Assembly: GCA_043811535.1 (NCBI GenBank) | Contig: JBDRNC010000028.1 | Span: forward strand, 96,001 to 160,000 | Reading direction: 5' to 3' | DNA: 64,000 nt | Source: Elusimicrobiota bacterium | Lineage (GTDB): Bacteria > Elusimicrobiota > Endomicrobiia > Endomicrobiales > JBDRNC01 | Part shown: one piece after another, positions 10,984 through 20,620 of the stretch | Layout: every line of letters begins with the position of its first letter | Numbering within the stretch: position 1 is the first letter of the stretch | Translations under genes and position numbers: made by a program | Notes under the pieces: model-generated | Seen by the model: only the letters and a program-made list of their open reading frames with translations | Database searches by the model: none | Told to the model about the DNA's origin: nothing

Positions 10984-13125
10984 TTATATTTTTTCCAGAT
11001 TTGCCATTCTTACTAAAAGTTTTTTCCACTGGCCGGTATCAAAAAGCACGACCAGCTTCAATTCGTCGCCGGAACCGGACCTTTCTATCACTTTCCCTTC
11101 CCCGAACTTCTGGTGTTTTACCTTGCAACCCAGCGGGAAATCGCCGCCGCCGTAATCTTCCATCACGGCGCGTGAACCGTCATAGACCTGTTCTCTCGTT
11201 ATTCCCTCTTCCCTTACCGGCTTCGCCTCTTCCATGAAGCGCGACCGCATGTTCCAGCGGCTTTTGCCGAAAATCTTGCGTTCCGCCGCCCAGCTCAGGA
11301 ACAGGTTTTCTTTCGCGCGCGTCATGCCGACGTACATCAGGCGCCTTTCTTCCTCCAGCTCTTCGCGGTCAAATGCGGCTTCGCCTATCGGGAAAAGCCC
11401 TTCTTCAAGCCCGGTGATAAAAACCGTCCTGAACTCCAGCCCTTTTGCCAGGTGCAGGGTCATCAAAGTGACCTTATCATTGTCATCCGACCACGAGTCC
11501 AGGTCGGAGACAAGCGCCACCTGGGTCAGATAGCCGGCAAGCGTTTTATCCGGAGAGCGCGTTTCAAATTCATCTATCGCGGATATCAATTCCTGAAGGT
11601 TCTCGATGCGGCTGCGCGCTTCCGTCGTGTCTTCCGTCTCCAGTTCTTTTATGTATCCCGTCCTTTCGAGTATTTCCATGGCGATCTTTTTAACGGTAGT
11701 CGCGTCCTTGTTCTCGCGCGTTTCGTCTATGATCTTTCTGAATTCCGCAAGGCCCCTCTTTGCGCCGGTCGGCACGTCGGCGGCATGCAGGTTCTTTACC
11801 GCTTCCCAGAGGGAGATCCCTTTTTCGGTAGCGTATTTTCCAAGAACTTCCATTGATGTTTTGCCGATCCCTCTGTGAGGGACGTTGACTACTCTTTTCA
11901 GGCTCACGCTGTCGTTTGGATTGTGCACAAGCCGCATGTAAGCCATAATATCCTTTACTTCCGCGCGGTCGTAGAACCTTACCGTTCCCACTATCGCGTA
12001 AGGCAGTCCGTTCCTGCGCATCGCGTCTTCCAGCACGCGCGACTGCGCGTTAGTCCTGTAAAAAACGGCGTAATCCGAATTCCTGCGGGAACCGGTTTCA
12101 AGGCCGCGCGTGATCTCATCGGTGACGCGCTGCGCTTCTTCAAGTTCGTTGAGGCTTTCGAAACTTTTTATTTTTTCGCCGCTTTCGCTTTCCGTCCAGA
12201 GCTTCTTCTCGACCCTGTCCTGGTTGTTTTTTATGACGTTCCAGGCGGAATCAAGGATATTTTTCGTTGAGCGGTAGTTCTGCTCGAGTTTTACCATGCG
12301 GCATCCGGGATAGTCGCGTTCGAACTCCAGGATATTCCTGATATCGGCGCCGCGCCAGGAATAGATCGACTGGTCATCGTCGCCCACAACGCAGATATTC
12401 TTGTATTTTCCCGCCAGGTATTTGGTCAGCATGTACTGCGCGTGGTTGGTGTCCTGGTATTCGTCTATTAAGAGGTATTTGAACCTTTCCTGGTATTTCT
12501 CGCGCAATGTTTCGTTTTCGCGCAGCGCCGTGACCGAAAGCATCAGCAGGTCGCCGAAATCCAGCGCGCCGGATCTCTCTATTTTTTTCTGATAGAGCCC
12601 GTAAATCGTTGCCACGACCTGCCTGAAGTGGTCGCCGCTCGCAAGGGAATGTATCCCGTAGGAATCGGCGTCCAGAAGTTCGTCTTTCGCCCGGCTTATT
12701 ATCTCAATAAGGCGGGAAGGCTTGAATTTTTTTTCGTCAAGGTTAAGTTCCCTGACGCAGTCCCTCAGCAGGTTCTTCTGGTCCGCATCGTCGTATATGA
12801 GAAAACTCGGGTCTATCCCCAGATGCTTCGCTTCAACGCGCAGGAACTTCGCTCCGAACGAGTGGAACGTGGATATCCACACGGAGCGCCCCTGCCCCGG
12901 CGCGAGCGCGTCAACCCTGCGCCGCATCTCCTCCGCGGCCTTGTTCGTAAAGGTCACGGCCAACACGTTCCACGGCTTGACATCCTGGCTCAAAAGATAG
13001 GCTATCCTGTGGGTTATGACGCGCGTTTTACCCGTTCCGGCTCCCGCAAAAATAATAAGGGGGCCTTCCGTATGCAGCATGGCGTCGCGCTGCGCAGGAT
13101 TCAGTTTGTCTAATATTGGATCCAT
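10984..13125 (-). CDS. pcrA: ATP-dependent DNA helicase PcrA/UvrD (start at 13125 preferred to 13143)
   Basis: AGAGTGKT, DEYQD, GDDDQSIY, NYRS, KGLEF, EERRLMYVGMTRA; C-terminal Tudor-like domain. Confidence 0.95.
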   Translation of the reverse strand: MDPILDKLNPAQRDAMLHTEGPLIIFAGAGTGKTRVITHRIAYLLSQDVKPWNVLAVTFTNKAAEEMRRRVDALAPGQGRSVWISTFHSFGAKFLRVEAKHLGIDPSFLIYDDADQKNLLRDCVRELNLDEKKFKPSRLIEIISRAKDELLDADSYGIHSLASGDHFRQVVATIYGLYQKKIERSGALDFGDLLMLSVTALRENETLREKYQERFKYLLIDEYQDTNHAQYMLTKYLAGKYKNICVVGDDDQSIYSWRGADIRNILEFERDYPGCRMVKLEQNYRSTKNILDSAWNVIKNNQDRVEKKLWTESESGEKIKSFESLNELEEAQRVTDEITRGLETGSRRNSDYAVFYRTNAQSRVLEDAMRRNGLPYAIVGTVRFYDRAEVKDIMAYMRLVHNPNDSVSLKRVVNVPHRGIGKTSMEVLGKYATEKGISLWEAVKNLHAADVPTGAKRGLAEFRKIIDETRENKDATTVKKIAMEILERTGYIKELETEDTTEARSRIENLQELISAIDEFETRSPDKTLAGYLTQVALVSDLDSWSDDNDKVTLMTLHLAKGLEFRTVFITGLEEGLFPIGEAAFDREELEEERRLMYVGMTRAKENLFLSWAAERKIFGKSRWNMRSRFMEEAKPVREEGITREQVYDGSRAVMEDYGGGDFPLGCKVKHQKFGEGKVIERSGSGDELKLVVLFDTGQWKKLLVRMANLEKI

Positions 13126-13177
13126 ATTATAAAAGTATAACAAATAAAGAGGTAAACAGGCAAATTAATACATGCGG

Positions 13178-13275
13178 CGATGACAGATGACAGATGACAG
13201 TTGACGGTTGACAGAATACGTCATTTAAATGCTTTTTGCTTCTGTGTCAACTGTCAACCGTGAACCGTCAACTGC
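13178..13275. repeat. Palindromic heptamer array (GATGACA/GTTGACG then CTGTCAA-type units)
   Basis: gatgaca x3, gttgacg, gttgaca ... tgtcaac tgtcaac cgtgaac cgtcaac. Confidence 0.85.
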
Positions 13276-13285
13276 CGTTATTCAA

Positions 13286-13315
13286 TTGACACCGTACCTA
13301 TATATAAGGTATAAT
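13286..13315 (+). promoter_or_regulatory. Sigma70 promoter of the rpmH operon
   Basis: TTGACA-N18-TATAAT. Confidence 0.75.
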
Positions 13316-13348
13316 TGACGAAATTCCACATAATTAGAGGTAATTTTA

Positions 13349-13486
13349 ATGACTAAATGCACATTCCAGCCGAACAAGAGACGCCGTAAAAAACACATTG
13401 GTTTCCGCGCCAGGATGAAAACCCCGGGCGGCCGTAAAACCCTTAACCGCAGGCGCCAAAAGGGTCGCCACCGCCTTTCAGCATAA
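13349..13486 (+). CDS. rpmH: 50S ribosomal protein L34 (not in ORF track)
   Basis: Manual translation [53 protein letters not shown]. Confidence 0.97.
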   Translation: MTKCTFQPNKRRRKKHIGFRARMKTPGGRKTLNRRRQKGRHRLSA

Positions 13487-13500
13487 AAAGCCGGCCATAG

Positions 13501-13893
13501 ATGAGCCAAGAAAAGTCGGTACTGAAATATACTTTACGATACAGCGAAAAACTGCATTCACAAAAAGATTTCCAGCAGATAATCAGATCAGGCCGGAGGC
13601 TGGTTCATCCGGCGCTTTTGATTTATGCGGGTAATAACGGTCTCCCGGCGGGCACCAGAAGGCTCGGCCTTATTACAAGCAGAAAAATCGGCATTGCTGT
13701 CAGGAGAAACCGCCTTAAAAGGCGCTTCCGCGAGATATTTAGGCTTAATAAATACCTTATTAAACTCAATACCGACCTGATTTTCGCGCCGAAACCCCCG
13801 GCAGGCGACATGAACTACGCCCAGCTTGAATCAATTATCTTGAACTTGCTTGAAAAAGCGGGGTTGTTATATAAGGTAAACGGTAAAAGTTGA
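13501..13893 (+). CDS. rnpA: Ribonuclease P protein component
   Basis: RLGLITSRKIGIAVRRNRLKRRFRE (RNR motif); synteny. Confidence 0.95.
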   Translation: MSQEKSVLKYTLRYSEKLHSQKDFQQIIRSGRRLVHPALLIYAGNNGLPAGTRRLGLITSRKIGIAVRRNRLKRRFREIFRLNKYLIKLNTDLIFAPKPPAGDMNYAQLESIILNLLEKAGLLYKVNGKS

Positions 13894-13996
13894 ACAGGTA
13901 AATGAAAACAGATCATGTTGAACGGTAAACGATACAACGCTGAATTTCTTTTCGTTTACCGTTTAACGTTCACCGCAGTTGAAAGATGAGTAACAT

Positions 13997-14209
13997 ATGA
14001 AATACTTAATTATTAGAATGTTGAAATTGTACAAATTGTTCTCCCGGGCCATGCCGCGCGCCTGCCGGTTCTATCCGACCTGTTCTGAATACACTATTGA
14101 AGCGATAGAGAAACACGGCGCAGCGTCCGGAGCATGGCTTGGTTTTAAAAGAGTCCTTCGCTGCCATCCGTTCAATGCCGGCGGACATGATCCCGTACCC
14201 GAAAAATAG
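13997..14209 (+). CDS. yidD: Membrane protein insertion efficiency factor
   Basis: CRFYPTCSEY, RCHPFNAGGHDPVP. Confidence 0.95.
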   Translation: MKYLIIRMLKLYKLFSRAMPRACRFYPTCSEYTIEAIEKHGAASGAWLGFKRVLRCHPFNAGGHDPVPEK

Positions 14210-14217
14210 GAGAATAA

Positions 14218-15774
14218 ATGGATAAAAATACTTTGATCGCGGTTGTTGTTTCGACAGTGTTTCTCATATTCTGGTGGACGTATTTTCAGCCGAAGCCCGT
14301 TCCGAAATCCCCCGTTCAGACAGCCGCTCAGTCCGCGGAAATAGATACCGAAAAAACGCAGCCTGAAACCGCGGCCGCCGCGCCTGTAAAATTGTCCCCC
14401 GGAAAAGAAACCGTGTTTGAAACCGACAAGTACCGCGCGGTTTTCACTTCAAAAGGCGGCGCCATAAAAGAGTGGTGGCTGAAAGAAAAAAACGGCAGCA
14501 AGCCGGTCAATCTCGCGCTTTACTCCGATTCAAGGTTTCTGTCCACATTCCCCGAAACAAGTTTCAGCGCGGTCCAACGCGGCAAAGACACTATAATTTT
14601 CGAAGGGATCTTGCCGTCGGGCGCGCGCATTAAAAAGACTTATACTCTTGCCGATGATTACCTGAATAAACTCGAAATAGAGCTCTCCGGCGGCAGGAAA
14701 TCCGGGGACGATCTTTCTATAAACCTCGGGCCCGGGATCGGCACCGATGTAAAAGAACTGAAAGAAAACCTGGGGCTTATGCGCGCGCTCGCGTTCCGCT
14801 CCGAGAAGCCAAAAGAGCTTAAAGTACTGAAGCCCGGCGAATATCCCGCGGGCGAATTCAAGTGGGTGGCGATAGATAACAGGTATTTCTTGTCTTCGCT
14901 GATACCCGGCGATGACAACGGTTTTGACAGCCTTATAGTAAAGAAATCCGACAAAAAAGCCCCGTCCGAAATATTCCTTGTGAAACGCGCCGGCAAACCC
15001 GTAAGGCTTTCGCTTCAGTTCTATCTGGGGCCGAAAGGGCACGGCTCCCTGAAATATTACAAGCTTGGTCTTGAAGAAGCCGTTGATTTTGGATTTTTCG
15101 GTTTCCTCGGCAAGATGGCGCTGGCCGCGCTCAGCTTCTTCTATAAAATCACGGGCAACTACGGCTGGGGCATAATACTTCTCACCATTATGCTTCAGAT
15201 ACTTGTTTACCCGCTGAGCTTGAAGAGTTTTAAGTCCTCTGCGGCCATGAAAAAGCTCCAGCCGAAAATGAAGGAGATTCAAACCAAGTTCAAGGACGAC
15301 CAGAAAAGATTGAATATGGAGATGATGAACCTCTACAAGTCGGAAGGATTCAATCCGCTGGGCGGGTGCCTGCCGATGATACTTCAGCTCCCTATCTTCT
15401 GGGCGCTTTTCACGACGCTCAGGAATGCCTACGAACTCCGCGGCGCCCCCTGGATATGGTGGATTAAGGATCTTTCAAGCGCCGACAGGCTGTTCTCCGA
15501 TCTCCTTGGGCTGCCTTTTACCGTGGGGCTCCTGCCTATTCTTATGGGGCTCGGGATGCTTGTTCAGCAGAAGATGACCTCAGCGTCGTCAGATCCGTCG
15601 CAGGCAATGATGATGTACATGCTGCCAGTGGTTTTCACTTTCATGTTCATGGGGTTCCCTTCCGGGCTGGTTCTGTACTGGCTGGTAAACAGCCTGATGA
15701 CTATGGTGGAAATGTATTTCATACTGCACCTGCCTGAGAAAAGGGCCGCAAAAGCAAGTGCTAAAATGGCGTAA
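14218..15774 (+). CDS. yidC: Membrane protein insertase YidC
   Basis: NYGWGII, GGCLPMILQLPIF, PSGLVLYW. Confidence 0.97.
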   Translation: MDKNTLIAVVVSTVFLIFWWTYFQPKPVPKSPVQTAAQSAEIDTEKTQPETAAAAPVKLSPGKETVFETDKYRAVFTSKGGAIKEWWLKEKNGSKPVNLALYSDSRFLSTFPETSFSAVQRGKDTIIFEGILPSGARIKKTYTLADDYLNKLEIELSGGRKSGDDLSINLGPGIGTDVKELKENLGLMRALAFRSEKPKELKVLKPGEYPAGEFKWVAIDNRYFLSSLIPGDDNGFDSLIVKKSDKKAPSEIFLVKRAGKPVRLSLQFYLGPKGHGSLKYYKLGLEEAVDFGFFGFLGKMALAALSFFYKITGNYGWGIILLTIMLQILVYPLSLKSFKSSAAMKKLQPKMKEIQTKFKDDQKRLNMEMMNLYKSEGFNPLGGCLPMILQLPIFWALFTTLRNAYELRGAPWIWWIKDLSSADRLFSDLLGLPFTVGLLPILMGLGMLVQQKMTSASSDPSQAMMMYMLPVVFTFMFMGFPSGLVLYWLVNSLMTMVEMYFILHLPEKRAAKASAKMA

Positions 15775-15870
15775 AACATAAAGTTTCAGCAGTTTCAACC
15801 GTTCAAGTTTTTAACTGCTTAAACAAATGAAATGATTTTAACGGTCTGTTATATAAATGAGAGGTGTAAA

Positions 15871-16518
15871 ATGGCTGAGATTGAAGTTGAAGGCAAAACC
15901 GTAGAAGAAGCTATTAAAGAAGGCCTTGGGAAGCTCGGGTGTTCGCGCGATAAGGCGGAGATAAAGATACTCGATGAGGGGACGGCGGGCCTTTTCGGGC
16001 TCATGGGGACAAAACCTTCGCGCGTGCGCTTGACAACAAGGGAAGCCGGTGAAGCTGATTACATGCTCGCGCAGGAAAAAGCTAAAGAAGTGCTTGCCGA
16101 CATCATGAAACTTATGAAATTCGACGTCAAAGAAATAAAAACAGCGATGGTCACGGGACGGGTTTTCGTTAATGTTAAGAGTGACGACTCAAGCCTCATA
16201 ATAGGCAAAGGCGGCCAGTCGCTTGAAGCCTTTGAGCATATCGTGAACCTTATTCTCCACCAGAACGAGAAAACTCGCGTCAAGATAACGCTTGACACCG
16301 AGAACTACAGGCAAAAACAGGAAGAACGCCTGCAAAACACCGCTTCCAAGGCCGCGGCCCAGGTTAAAACTACGGGAAAGCCGTTCCACATGGACCCGAT
16401 GTCATCAAAGGACCGCAGACTGCTACACTTGTTCCTTAAAAATGACCCTGATGTGGAGACTTTCTCCGAAGGTGACGGCCAATTCAGGAAAGTTATAATA
16501 AAACCGAAAAAAAAATAA
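15871..16518 (+). CDS. jag: RNA-binding protein Jag/EloR/KhpB
   Basis: Jag_N (GKTVEEAI), KH (IIGKGG), R3H (RRLLH); GAGGTG SD before ATG 15871. Confidence 0.93.
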   Translation: MAEIEVEGKTVEEAIKEGLGKLGCSRDKAEIKILDEGTAGLFGLMGTKPSRVRLTTREAGEADYMLAQEKAKEVLADIMKLMKFDVKEIKTAMVTGRVFVNVKSDDSSLIIGKGGQSLEAFEHIVNLILHQNEKTRVKITLDTENYRQKQEERLQNTASKAAAQVKTTGKPFHMDPMSSKDRRLLHLFLKNDPDVETFSEGDGQFRKVIIKPKKK

Positions 16519-16605
16519 CAATATATGGCTAAATGGCTTGATGGCTAAACGGCTGAAAGGCTTTTAACAATTTAGCCATATAGCAATTTAACCATATAGC
16601 CATTT

Positions 16606-18003
16606 ATGCTTAATTCAGACACTATCGCCGCGATTTCCACGCCTCCGGGTAAAGGCGGTATCGGAATCGTGCGTATCAGCGGTCCTTTTGCCGTCAGAAT
16701 AGCTGAAGAAATTTTCGAGCCCGCGCAAAATAATCTCTCCTTGCGCAAAGCAAAAACCCACACGCTTTATTTCGGCCTTATAAAATCCCGCGGCAGCGTT
16801 ATTGACGAAGCTGTTGTTTCCCTGATGCGCGTCCCGCGTTCCTACACCGGCGAGGATGTCGTTGAGATTTCCGCGCACGGAGGCCCGGTCGTGCTTGACC
16901 GCATACTGAAACTTTGTACCGGCAAGGGCGCGCGCTCCGCAAAGCCGGGTGAATTCACGTTCAGGGCGTTCTTAAACGGAAAAATGGACCTTGCCAGAGC
17001 GGAAGCGGTCGCGGAACTTATCTCAAGTAAGACCGAACTTGCCGCGCGGGCCGCGGTAAATCAACTTGAAGGGGCATTATCCGGAAGAATTGAGAATTGG
17101 CGCAAGCAGTTGACCGGTGTTCTTTCCAGGATTGAAGCAAAACTTGACTACGCGGAAGAAAATATTTCCTTTATCACCCTGAAAGAAGCCCGCCGGGAAA
17201 TCAGCGGTTTAATACGCGCCATGGACAGGCTGATATCAACTTTTAATAAAGGAAAGTTGCTGTCCTGCGGAATGAGAGTCGCGATAACCGGAAAACCGAA
17301 TACCGGCAAATCATCCCTTTTAAACGCTTTGCTTGAACGCGAACGCGCGATTGTGACGGAAGTCCCCGGGACGACGCGTGATGTAACAGAAGACATGCTG
17401 GATATTAACGGCTTGCCTGTAATAATATCGGATACCGCCGGTTTAAGACGCCGGGCCGGTGATATAGTGGAAAAAATCGGGCACAAACGCTCGCTTGACG
17501 CGCTGAAAAAGGCCGATCTTATACTCTGGCTTCTGGATTCCGGACAAAAAATATCCCGGGGCGACAGGTTCATCGGCGGCTTGATAAAAGATATGGACAT
17601 GGGAAGAAATACCTTTGTCATTCTCAATAAATGCGATCTTCCTGCCGGAATTAACTCCGCCATCGCGAAGAAAACCTTCCCTTTTTGCAGGAAATATTTA
17701 AAGCTCTCCGCGCTGAACGGCACGGGTGTGGATATACTGGAAAAAAATATCTTTTCCTTTGCCCGCATAGGCTCCTCATCAACTGATGAAACCGTCCTCA
17801 CCAGCCAGCGCCATCTCGAAGCGTTGACAAACGCCCAAAAGGCCCTGCTGGAGGCCTCGGCAGCCCTGGAAAAAGACCCTGCTGAAGAGATTACCGCGTT
17901 CCATATGAGAGAGGCCCTTTTTCACCTGGGCGAGATAACCGGCGAAACGGCTACTGAAGAGATTTTAGACAATATATTTTCCAAATTCTGCATCGGGAAG
18001 TAA
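16606..18003 (+). CDS. mnmE: tRNA modification GTPase MnmE/TrmE
   Basis: DTIAAIST, GKPNTGKS, GTTRD, DTAG, C-terminal FCIGK. Confidence 0.97.
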   Translation: MLNSDTIAAISTPPGKGGIGIVRISGPFAVRIAEEIFEPAQNNLSLRKAKTHTLYFGLIKSRGSVIDEAVVSLMRVPRSYTGEDVVEISAHGGPVVLDRILKLCTGKGARSAKPGEFTFRAFLNGKMDLARAEAVAELISSKTELAARAAVNQLEGALSGRIENWRKQLTGVLSRIEAKLDYAEENISFITLKEARREISGLIRAMDRLISTFNKGKLLSCGMRVAITGKPNTGKSSLLNALLERERAIVTEVPGTTRDVTEDMLDINGLPVIISDTAGLRRRAGDIVEKIGHKRSLDALKKADLILWLLDSGQKISRGDRFIGGLIKDMDMGRNTFVILNKCDLPAGINSAIAKKTFPFCRKYLKLSALNGTGVDILEKNIFSFARIGSSSTDETVLTSQRHLEALTNAQKALLEASAALEKDPAEEITAFHMREALFHLGEITGETATEEILDNIFSKFCIGK

Positions 18004-18089
18004 ATGGTGAAATGGCTTGATGGCCAAATGGCTGAAAGGCTTTTAACAATTTAGCCATATAGCAATTTAACCATGTATTTTTATTTATT

Positions 18090-18860
18090 ATGAGACAGCC
18101 TTTCGGACAGAATTTCCTCATAGACAAGAACATTGCCCGTGGGATAGTTGATTCCGCGGAACTTTCTTCAAGCGATACCGCGCTGGAAATAGGCCCGGGT
18201 AAGGGTATCTTAACGGAACTTATCGCCGCCCTGGCGGCGAAAGTTATCGCCGTCGAACTCGACCGCAATCTCGCCGCCGCCCTACAAAAGAAATTCGCCT
18301 CTAGAGGCAACGTCGAGATAATTAACCAGGATTTTTTATCCTTATCTCTTACCCCTTATCCCTTACCCCTGACAATAATATCCAACCTCCCTTACAACGC
18401 CGCAACTCCCATAATAGAAATGTTCCTGCCGCACAAAAACTGGAGAACAGCTATTGTAATGGTTCAAAAAGAAGTCGGAGAAAGAATAACTGCCGCGCCG
18501 GGTAACAGGGATTACGGGGTCTTGTCCATTATATGCCAATATTATGCTGTGGCGGAATTTCTATTTACCGTAGGCCCGAAAGCCTTTAAGCCCAGTCCAA
18601 GGGTAGACTCCGCGGTATTAAGGTTTACAAACAAGCTTCCGGAAATACCCCCGGAAGGCTTCTTAAAGCTCATAAAAGCGGCTTTTCAGCAAAGAAGGAA
18701 GACTATACTCAATTCGCTTTCCGCTGTGCTCAAAATAGAAAAATCAGCGCTTGCCGGAATTCTTAATTCCTGCCGAATCGACCCATCCCTCAGACCTGAA
18801 AGACTTACACAAAAAGATTATTTATGCTTGACTAATCTGCTAAAAAAGTATATAATCTAG
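18090..18860 (+). CDS. rsmA: 16S rRNA adenine dimethyltransferase
   Basis: GQNFL, LEIGPGKG, NLPYN, MVQKEV, P.P.VDS. Confidence 0.96.
   Translation: MRQPFGQNFLIDKNIARGIVDSAELSSSDTALEIGPGKGILTELIAALAAKVIAVELDRNLAAALQKKFASRGNVEIINQDFLSLSLTPYPLPLTIISNLPYNAATPIIEMFLPHKNWRTAIVMVQKEVGERITAAPGNRDYGVLSIICQYYAVAEFLFTVGPKAFKPSPRVDSAVLRFTNKLPEIPPEGFLKLIKAAFQQRRKTILNSLSAVLKIEKSALAGILNSCRIDPSLRPERLTQKDYLCLTNLLKKYII
18828..18856 (+). promoter_or_regulatory. Probable dnaA promoter within the rsmA 3' end
   Basis: TTGACT-N17-TATAAT. Confidence 0.7.
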
Positions 18861-18937
18861 CTAATCAGGCCTACATAACAAGATAATAGTTAGCAAAAGA
18901 AGTATACTAGTAATGCTTAATGAATAATTAACAACAC

Positions 18938-19014
18938 TTATCCACAGCTGTGGATAAACTTGGGGATAACTATATGGCAAATCACGAAGAACTTTGGAAA
19001 AAGGTTGTGGATAA
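18938..19014. promoter_or_regulatory. DnaA-box cluster upstream of and within the dnaA 5' end
   Basis: TTATCCACA 18938-18946, TGTGGATAA 18949-18957, TGGGGATAA 18961-18969 (1 mismatch), TGTGGATAA 19006-19014. Confidence 0.9.
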
Positions 19015-20335
19015 CTTACGCAACCTCATGTCGCCGGAGTCGTTTAATCTGTGGATTCAGCCACTTAAACCCATTTCAATAAATAATGATATTTTCCTGC
19101 TCCAGGTGCCAAACAAGTATTTCTCGGACTGGATAACTACCAATCACAAAGAAATTATAGAGAAAATACTTTCCGCCGAATTCAAACAGCAAATACAAAT
19201 ACAGTTCCAGGAAGTACAGGATCTCACTTCTATTTTAAAGAAAGTTGAAGATATACAAGAGCCGATAACCGCGGCGCAGCCGCTGAAAGTCCTGCCCGAA
19301 GAACAGTTCAATTCAAAATATACTTTTGACCATTTTGTCGTCGGAGCGTCAAACAGGTTCGCGCACGCGTCCTGCGAAGCGGTCGCCAAAGATCCCGGCC
19401 GCCAGTTCAACCCTCTGTTCATTTACGGAGGCGTCGGCCTGGGTAAAACCCACCTTCTCCACGCTATAGGGAACCATATCAGAAAGAATAATCCCTCCCT
19501 GCGCGTGCTTTATGTCACCAGCGAAAAATTCATAAATGAATTCATTGATTCCCTGCGTTTTGAAAAACCGGCGTCTTTCCGCAATAAATACAGGAAGCTT
19601 GACTGTCTCCTGATAGATGACATACAGTTCCTTGTAGGCCGCCAGAGCTCGCAGGAAGAGTTCTTCTACACGTTTAACACGCTTTATGATTCGAAGAAAC
19701 AACTAGTCATAACTTCCGACAGGCCTCCAAAGGAGCTGCCCACTCTTGAGCCCAGGCTTATTTCAAGGTTTGAATGGGGTGTTATAGCCGATATTCAGCC
19801 ACCCGACCTGGAAACAAGAATAGCGATACTGCGCAAAAAGGCCGAAGACGAGCAACTTTACGTTCCGGATGACGTCATTCTTTATATTGCGACTCAAATA
19901 AAATCAAACATAAGAGAACTTGAGGGCTCGCTTTTGCGTATCGCGGCTTTTTCCGCTTTTACCGGAACACCTTTAACCGTGGATTCTGTCCAGAAGATAC
20001 TTAAAGACGTTGTCAGACCGCCGGAAGATTCCGCTCCTATTACCATAGAGAATATTCAATCGGTGGTTGCAGGCCACTTCAACCTTGATGTCAAAGACCT
20101 TAAATCAAAGCGGCGGACAGATGCAGTGGCGTTCCCCAGGCAGATCGCAATGTATCTCGCGCGGACGCTTACAGATGAATTTTCCACTACGGAAATCGGT
20201 CTCGCATTCGGCGGGAAGGACCACACAACTGTCATGCACGCATGCAATAAGATAAAAGCAAGGATGTCGACGGACCCGTATTTTGTCGCGAAAATAAACC
20301 AGATTAGCCAGGAAATAAGGCAGAATAAAGATTAG
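18974..20335 (+). CDS. dnaA: Chromosomal replication initiator
   Basis: YGGVGLGKTHL, IDDIQF, RELEG, GGKDHTTVMH; ATG 18974 preferred since the GTG at 18950 lies in a DnaA box. Confidence 0.98.
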   Translation: MANHEELWKKVVDNLRNLMSPESFNLWIQPLKPISINNDIFLLQVPNKYFSDWITTNHKEIIEKILSAEFKQQIQIQFQEVQDLTSILKKVEDIQEPITAAQPLKVLPEEQFNSKYTFDHFVVGASNRFAHASCEAVAKDPGRQFNPLFIYGGVGLGKTHLLHAIGNHIRKNNPSLRVLYVTSEKFINEFIDSLRFEKPASFRNKYRKLDCLLIDDIQFLVGRQSSQEEFFYTFNTLYDSKKQLVITSDRPPKELPTLEPRLISRFEWGVIADIQPPDLETRIAILRKKAEDEQLYVPDDVILYIATQIKSNIRELEGSLLRIAAFSAFTGTPLTVDSVQKILKDVVRPPEDSAPITIENIQSVVAGHFNLDVKDLKSKRRTDAVAFPRQIAMYLARTLTDEFSTTEIGLAFGGKDHTTVMHACNKIKARMSTDPYFVAKINQISQEIRQNKD

Positions 20336-20620
20336 TGATCGGCCATCGGTTATTGGAATAAAGAAGAAATTTTAGGAACTGTTGTTGGCACAAAGTTAAC
20401 GACTAATAACTATTAACCGATACCTGTTTTTCTGTGGAAAACTTCTTTTTTGTTAATACTGTTAATAACTCGGGATGCTTGTCCACTTAAACATAAACAT
20501 TAGGTTTCACGAGATTTATCAGCAACAACAGGCGCTAGACAGTTCAAAAACATTTTATTAAGACTATACAGACGCCTACGGCTACTACGACGTATTCTTA
20601 TCTAATATAGGAGGTCTTAG
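20336..20620. other. dnaA-dnaN spacer, probable unwinding half of oriC
   Basis: AT-rich; TGTGGAAAA 20433-20441 and further degenerate boxes; CTA-type trinucleotide run 20576-20592 after two tandem degenerate boxes. Confidence 0.65.
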
